NCBI GenBank assembly: GCA_963697085.1
Contig: CAVOMR010000003.1
Span: 1,026,745 to 1,090,744 of the forward strand
DNA: 64,000 nucleotides
Reading direction: 5' to 3'
Source of the DNA: Candidatus Dormiibacterota bacterium
GTDB lineage: Bacteria > Chloroflexota > Dormibacteria > Aeolococcales > Aeolococcaceae
Part shown: piece by piece, positions 60,437 to 64,000 of the stretch
How the letters are laid out: every line of letters starts with the position of its first letter
Position numbering within the stretch: position 1 is the stretch's first letter
Translations under genes and position numbers: made by a program
Notes under the pieces: model-generated
Databases searched by the model: none
Seen by the model: only the letters and a program-made list of their open reading frames with translations
What the model was told of the DNA's origin: nothing

Positions 60437-61703
60437 TCAGCCCGTCAGAACTCCATCCGCGCGGGCCAGCGCGAGGCACACGTTGTGACCGCCAAAGCCG
60501 TACGACGTGCTCAGGGCGAAATCGATGCGCGCATCGCGTCCGTGATTGGGGACGTAGTCGAGGTCGCACTCCGGGTCCGGCTCGTCGAGGTTGATCGTCG
60601 GCGGCACGAATTGGTCACGAATGGCAAGAACAGTGATGACCGCCTCGACGGCGCCGGCGGCGCCGAGGAGGTGCCCGTGCATCGACTTCGTCGACGACAT
60701 GGGGATTGTGCCCGCAACCTCGCCGAGCGCCGCCTTCACGGCCTTGGTCTCCGCAGCGTCATTCATCTGCGTCGACGTGCCATGCGCGTTGATGTAATCG
60801 ACCTCGTCGGGCTCGCGTCCCGCTCGCTTCAGCGAACGGAGGATGCAGCGCCGTGCGCCATCGCCCTGCTCGTCGGGTTGCGTGATGTGGAACGCGTCGG
60901 CTGTCGCACCGTACCCCGCAACCTCACCGTAGATGCGCGCGCCGCGCGCGACCGCGTGTCCCCAGTCCTCGAGCACGAACATGCCGGCGCCCTCGCCCAT
61001 CACGAAGCCGTCGCGGTCCTTGTCGAACGGGCGCGAGGCGCGCTCGGGCTCGTCGTTGCGAGTCGAGAGTGCCTGCATGGCGTCGAACGCCGCGACGCTG
61101 ATGTTCGTGATCGACGCCTCGGTACCGCCGGTGATGATCGCCGTCGCCTCGCCGCGCCGGATCCACTCCGCCGCCTCGCCGATCGCGTGACCGGACGACG
61201 CGCAGGCGCTGACGATCGCGTAGTTCACACCCTTGGCGCCGCACTCGATGGCGATGGCGCCCGCGGGCATGTCGATGATCATCGACGGGACCGTGAACGG
61301 CGAGACGCGGCGAGGACCCTGGTTGTACAGCGCGAGGACGTTGCGCTCGATCACCTCGATGCCACCGACGCCCGACGCCACGAGGACACCGACGTCCTCG
61401 GCGATCGGCCGGATGTCGAGGCCCGAGTCCTCGATCGCCTGACGCGCGGCGAACAGTGCGAGCTGGGTGCACCGGCTGGTGCGCCGCGCCTCCTTCTTGC
61501 CGAGCACCGCCTCGGGGTCGAATCCCTTGACCTGCCCTGCGATCTGCGTCGTCAGATGCGAGGCGTCGAAGGCGGTGATCGGTCCGATGCCGCCGTGACC
61601 GCGGCGGCAGGATTGCCAGGTCGAACTCGGCGTCGAGCCCGAGCGGGGTCACGGCGCCGATGCCGGTGATCGCCACGCGCGGCGTGCCGTTGGTTGCGCT
61701 CAC
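60437..61703 (-). pseudogene. fabF: beta-ketoacyl-ACP synthase II (KAS II). The frame is broken at 61623-61628 as assembled.
   Basis: The N-terminal piece is VSATNGTPRVAITGIGAVTPLGLDAE. The main piece has ...IVSACASSGHAIG..., INAHGTSTQMND and SMHGHLLGAAG. Deleting one base of GAACTC gives DAESTWQSCRRGHGGIGPITAFDASHLTTQIAGQVKGFDPEAVLGKKEARR. GTG 61703 overlaps the fabI stop. Confidence 0.9.
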
Positions 61704-62527
61704 GTGGTCACCTCGACTGTCGGGATCAGCGGCGCGCCCTGGGAGTGATAGCCGCCGTCGACGTGGATCATCTCGCCGGTGATCGCGCGGGAGAGATCGC
61801 TCAACAGGAAGGCGGCGGTGTCGGCGACCGGTCCGCTGTCCGCGCTGTCCCAGCCGAGCGGCGCCTGTTTCCCCCACGACGCTTTCAGCACCTCGAATCC
61901 GGGGATCGACTTCGCGGCGATGGTCTCGAGCGGGCCCGCCGAGATGGTGTTGACGCGGACGCTGCGGGGTCCGAGCTCGCGCGCCAGGTAGCGCGCGATC
62001 GCCTCAAGCGCGGCCTTGGCCGGTCCCATCCAGTCGTAGAGCGGCCAGGCGATGCGCGCGTCGAACGTGAGGGCGACGATCGACCCTCCCGTCTCGGGCA
62101 TCACTGGCACGAAGGCGGCGGCGAGCGTCTGCAGCGAGTAGCTGCTCACCTGGAACGCGGTGGCCACCGAGCTCCAGGGGGCGTCGAGGAAGCCACCGCC
62201 GAGGCAGTCCTCAGGTGCGAAGCCGATCGCGTGCACAACTCCATCCAGGCCGCCGAGCGCGCTCGTGACGTGCTCCGCGACGGCCCTCGCCTGCTCCGGA
62301 TCGGTGGCGTCGAGCTCGAGCACCTCGGGCGCGGGATGCATGCGCTGCGCGCTGCGCCGCGTCAGGCTCATGGCGCGGCCGAACGAGGTGAGCACCACGT
62401 CCGCCCCCGCCTGCTGGCAGGAGGACGCGATCGCGAAGGCGATGCTCTTCGGGGTCAGCACCCCGGTGACGAGGATGCGCTTCCCGCGAAGGAGGTCGGT
62501 GGTCGGACTGGTTCCAGGGGTGCTCAC
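61700..62527 (-). CDS. fabI: enoyl-ACP reductase (NADH), InhA/FabI type
   Basis: Sequence LLRGKRILVTGVLTPKSIAFAIA...VVHAIGFAP...YDWMGPAKAALEAIARYLARELGPRSVRVNTISAGP. Confidence 0.9.
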   Translation of the reverse strand: MSTPGTSPTTDLLRGKRILVTGVLTPKSIAFAIASSCQQAGADVVLTSFGRAMSLTRRSAQRMHPAPEVLELDATDPEQARAVAEHVTSALGGLDGVVHAIGFAPEDCLGGGFLDAPWSSVATAFQVSSYSLQTLAAAFVPVMPETGGSIVALTFDARIAWPLYDWMGPAKAALEAIARYLARELGPRSVRVNTISAGPLETIAAKSIPGFEVLKASWGKQAPLGWDSADSGPVADTAAFLLSDLSRAITGEMIHVDGGYHSQGAPLIPTVEVTT

Positions 62528-62567
62528 AGGCGAACGTACCTTATAAGGCTCGCACGGGGCTGCGCAG

Positions 62568-63347
62568 TTACGCGGCGACGATCTCGAGCATCGCCTCGTG
62601 CCATGCCGGAGTGCCGGCGAGGATGTTGCCGCTGACGAACACGGCGTCCGCGTCGCCGTCCCAGTCGGTCACGACACCCCCGGCCTCGGTCACGAGCAGG
62701 GCGCCCGCGGCAATGTCCCAGATCCCCAGTCCGAGCTCGAAGAACCCGTCGAAGACGCCCGCGCCGACGTAGGCGAGGTCGAGGCTTGCGGCTCCAGCGC
62801 GCCGGAGGTCCTCGAATCGGGCCAGCGCCCGTTCCATGACCGGGAGATACCGGGGCAGGCGCTCCTTGCGCCGGAAGGGAAAGCCGGTCGCGACGATCCC
62901 CGCCCCCGGATGCGTCGAGACCGCGAGCCTTCGGCCACGCTGATCGGTGGCGCCCTGGCCCTTGGCGGCGCTCCACGACGCCCCCATCAGCGGCGCCGTC
63001 ACCGCCCCGACGACCGGCCGGCCTGCCTCCACCAGGGCGACGCTCACGCCCACGACCGGGAAGCCGCGAAGGAAGTTGGTGGTGCCGTCGATCGGATCGA
63101 CGACCCACATCCGCTCCGATCTCGATCCGCCGGCCTCCTCGGCCAGGATCGGGATCTCGGGGGCGCCGGCGTTGAGGACCTCGATCGCGGCGCGCTCGGC
63201 GGCACGGTCGATCTCGGTGACGTAGTCGCCGGGGCTCTTCACCTCCCCGATCAGTGTCGCCGTGCCCTCGTGGGCTCGGACGACCAGCTCGGATGCCGCC
63301 GCTGCCGCGGCGACGGCGAGCTCACGCAGGTTTTGGCGCTGCTCCAC
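62568..63347 (-). CDS. suhB: inositol monophosphatase family protein
   Basis: Sequence DYVTEIDRAAE, ILAEEAG, WVVDPIDGTTNF and AGAASLDLAYVGAGVFDGFFE. The start is taken at GTG 63347. The longer ORF-track extension overlaps the EAL gene frame. Confidence 0.85.
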   Translation of the reverse strand: MEQRQNLRELAVAAAAAASELVVRAHEGTATLIGEVKSPGDYVTEIDRAAERAAIEVLNAGAPEIPILAEEAGGSRSERMWVVDPIDGTTNFLRGFPVVGVSVALVEAGRPVVGAVTAPLMGASWSAAKGQGATDQRGRRLAVSTHPGAGIVATGFPFRRKERLPRYLPVMERALARFEDLRRAGAASLDLAYVGAGVFDGFFELGLGIWDIAAGALLVTEAGGVVTDWDGDADAVFVSGNILAGTPAWHEAMLEIVAA

Positions 63348-64000
63348 CCGCAGAGGGTACGCGGCGCGGGCGCGACGCCTTCCTGCGAGCAGCCGGGCGT
63401 GGCACCGGGGTGACGCGCATGAATTGCGCGGGATCGAGGCCGCCCTTGCTGAGCAGCGCCTCCATGGCCTCGACGTCGCACGGGCCGGCGAGGTGGAACC
63501 CCTGGGCCATCGAGCAGCCGAGCTCGTTGAGGCGCTCGACCTGCAGCGGCGTCTCCACCCCCTCGGCGACCAGGGCCAGCCGGAGTGCCTCGCCGTGGCG
63601 GACGACGGTCCGCGCGAGCTCGCCGCTCGAGTTGGGATCGCCGAGCTCCGCCACGAGCGGACGCGCGATCTTGAGGATGTCGATCGGCAGGCGGCGCAGG
63701 TAGGCGAGCGACGTGTAGCCGGTGCCGACGTCGTCGATGGCAACGTGCACGCCCGCGCGCTGGAGTGCGTCAAAGGCGGTGATGGTGCCGTGGAGGTCCT
63801 GGAGCACAACGTTCTCAGTGATCTCGAGGATCAGGCACGACGGATCGACCTGCACCTCGTCGAGGAGGCGGGTCACCCGCTCCACGAGCTCCCGCTTGGC
63901 CAGGGCGCCCGCCGAGACGTTCACGGAGATCGCGAGCTCGGGGGTCGCGGGATAGGCGTTCTGCCAGCGGCGGAGCTGCTGGCAGGCGCGGCGGAGGACG
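63322..64000 (-). CDS. EAL-domain (c-di-GMP phosphodiesterase-type) protein, 5'-partial because it continues past the window end
   Basis: Sequence LILEITENVVL, VAIDDVGTGYTSLAYLRRLPIDILKI, LVAEGVET and GCSMAQGF. The reading frame stays open to position 64000. Confidence 0.85.
   Translation of the reverse strand, partial: VLRRACQQLRRWQNAYPATPELAISVNVSAGALAKRELVERVTRLLDEVQVDPSCLILEITENVVLQDLHGTITAFDALQRAGVHVAIDDVGTGYTSLAYLRRLPIDILKIARPLVAELGDPNSSGELARTVVRHGEALRLALVAEGVETPLQVERLNELGCSMAQGFHLAGPCDVEAMEALLSKGGLDPAQFMRVTPVPRPAARRKASRPRRVPSAGGAAPKPA

Noticed and set aside
416-61628. The six frameshifts could be programmed ribosomal frameshifts or transcriptional slippage sites.
   Set aside because: They occur in six unrelated gene families that are single ORFs everywhere else. 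There is no slippery heptamer or long homopolymer, only AA. The extra base follows the genome strand rather than the mRNA strand, which argues for a DNA or sequencing-level cause.

Overview
High-GC (roughly 70%) actinobacterium-like chromosomal segment, densely coding with about 60 genes. Long ORFs on the opposite strand of real genes are common and were ignored.

- **1-19.9 kb, mostly housekeeping:** translationally coupled hutU-hutG-hutI plus a class-V aminotransferase, a YyaL-like thioredoxin-fold gene, a TauE exporter, a CPBP protease, a HIT protein, purA, a thioredoxin/NHL protein, a CbpA-type J-protein, CcdA, an OmpR-type two-component pair and a PHP hydrolase.
- **19.9-46 kb, accessory-looking stretch after tRNA-Lys(UUU) at 19901-19976:** a short direct-repeat array, a DUF222/HNH gene, a PadR module, a protein made of four near-identical 117-aa IPT-like repeats, a propeller lipoprotein, a glycine-rich secreted protein, STAND-SARP and LuxR-type regulators, and the main feature of the window. 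That feature is a ~15 kb minus-strand phage-tail-like contractile injection system (CIS/eCIS) operon at 30.8-45.6 kb. It has sheath, three tube paralogues, LysM hub, VgrG, PAAR, gp25, gpJ, gpI, a DUF4157 protein in the tape-measure position and DUF4255. I could find no AAA+ ATPase, tail-fibre, capsid or integrase genes, and bitopic membrane proteins flank it.
- **45.7-64 kb:** a SAM methyltransferase, an acyl-CoA carboxyltransferase, a DUF11 surface protein, a very large S8/S53 peptidase, uppP, an M50 protease, a GT87-like membrane protein, a macro-domain protein, fabF-fabI, suhB and a partial EAL gene.

**Cross-cutting observation:** six conserved genes (hutU, the yyaL-like gene, the thioredoxin/NHL gene, the CIS tube gene, the carboxyltransferase 3' end and fabF) are each disrupted by a single extra base at the same + strand hexamer, GAACTC. 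This points to a systematic, possibly methylation-motif-linked, assembly error rather than true pseudogenes. No CRISPR array, rRNA or transposase was seen.
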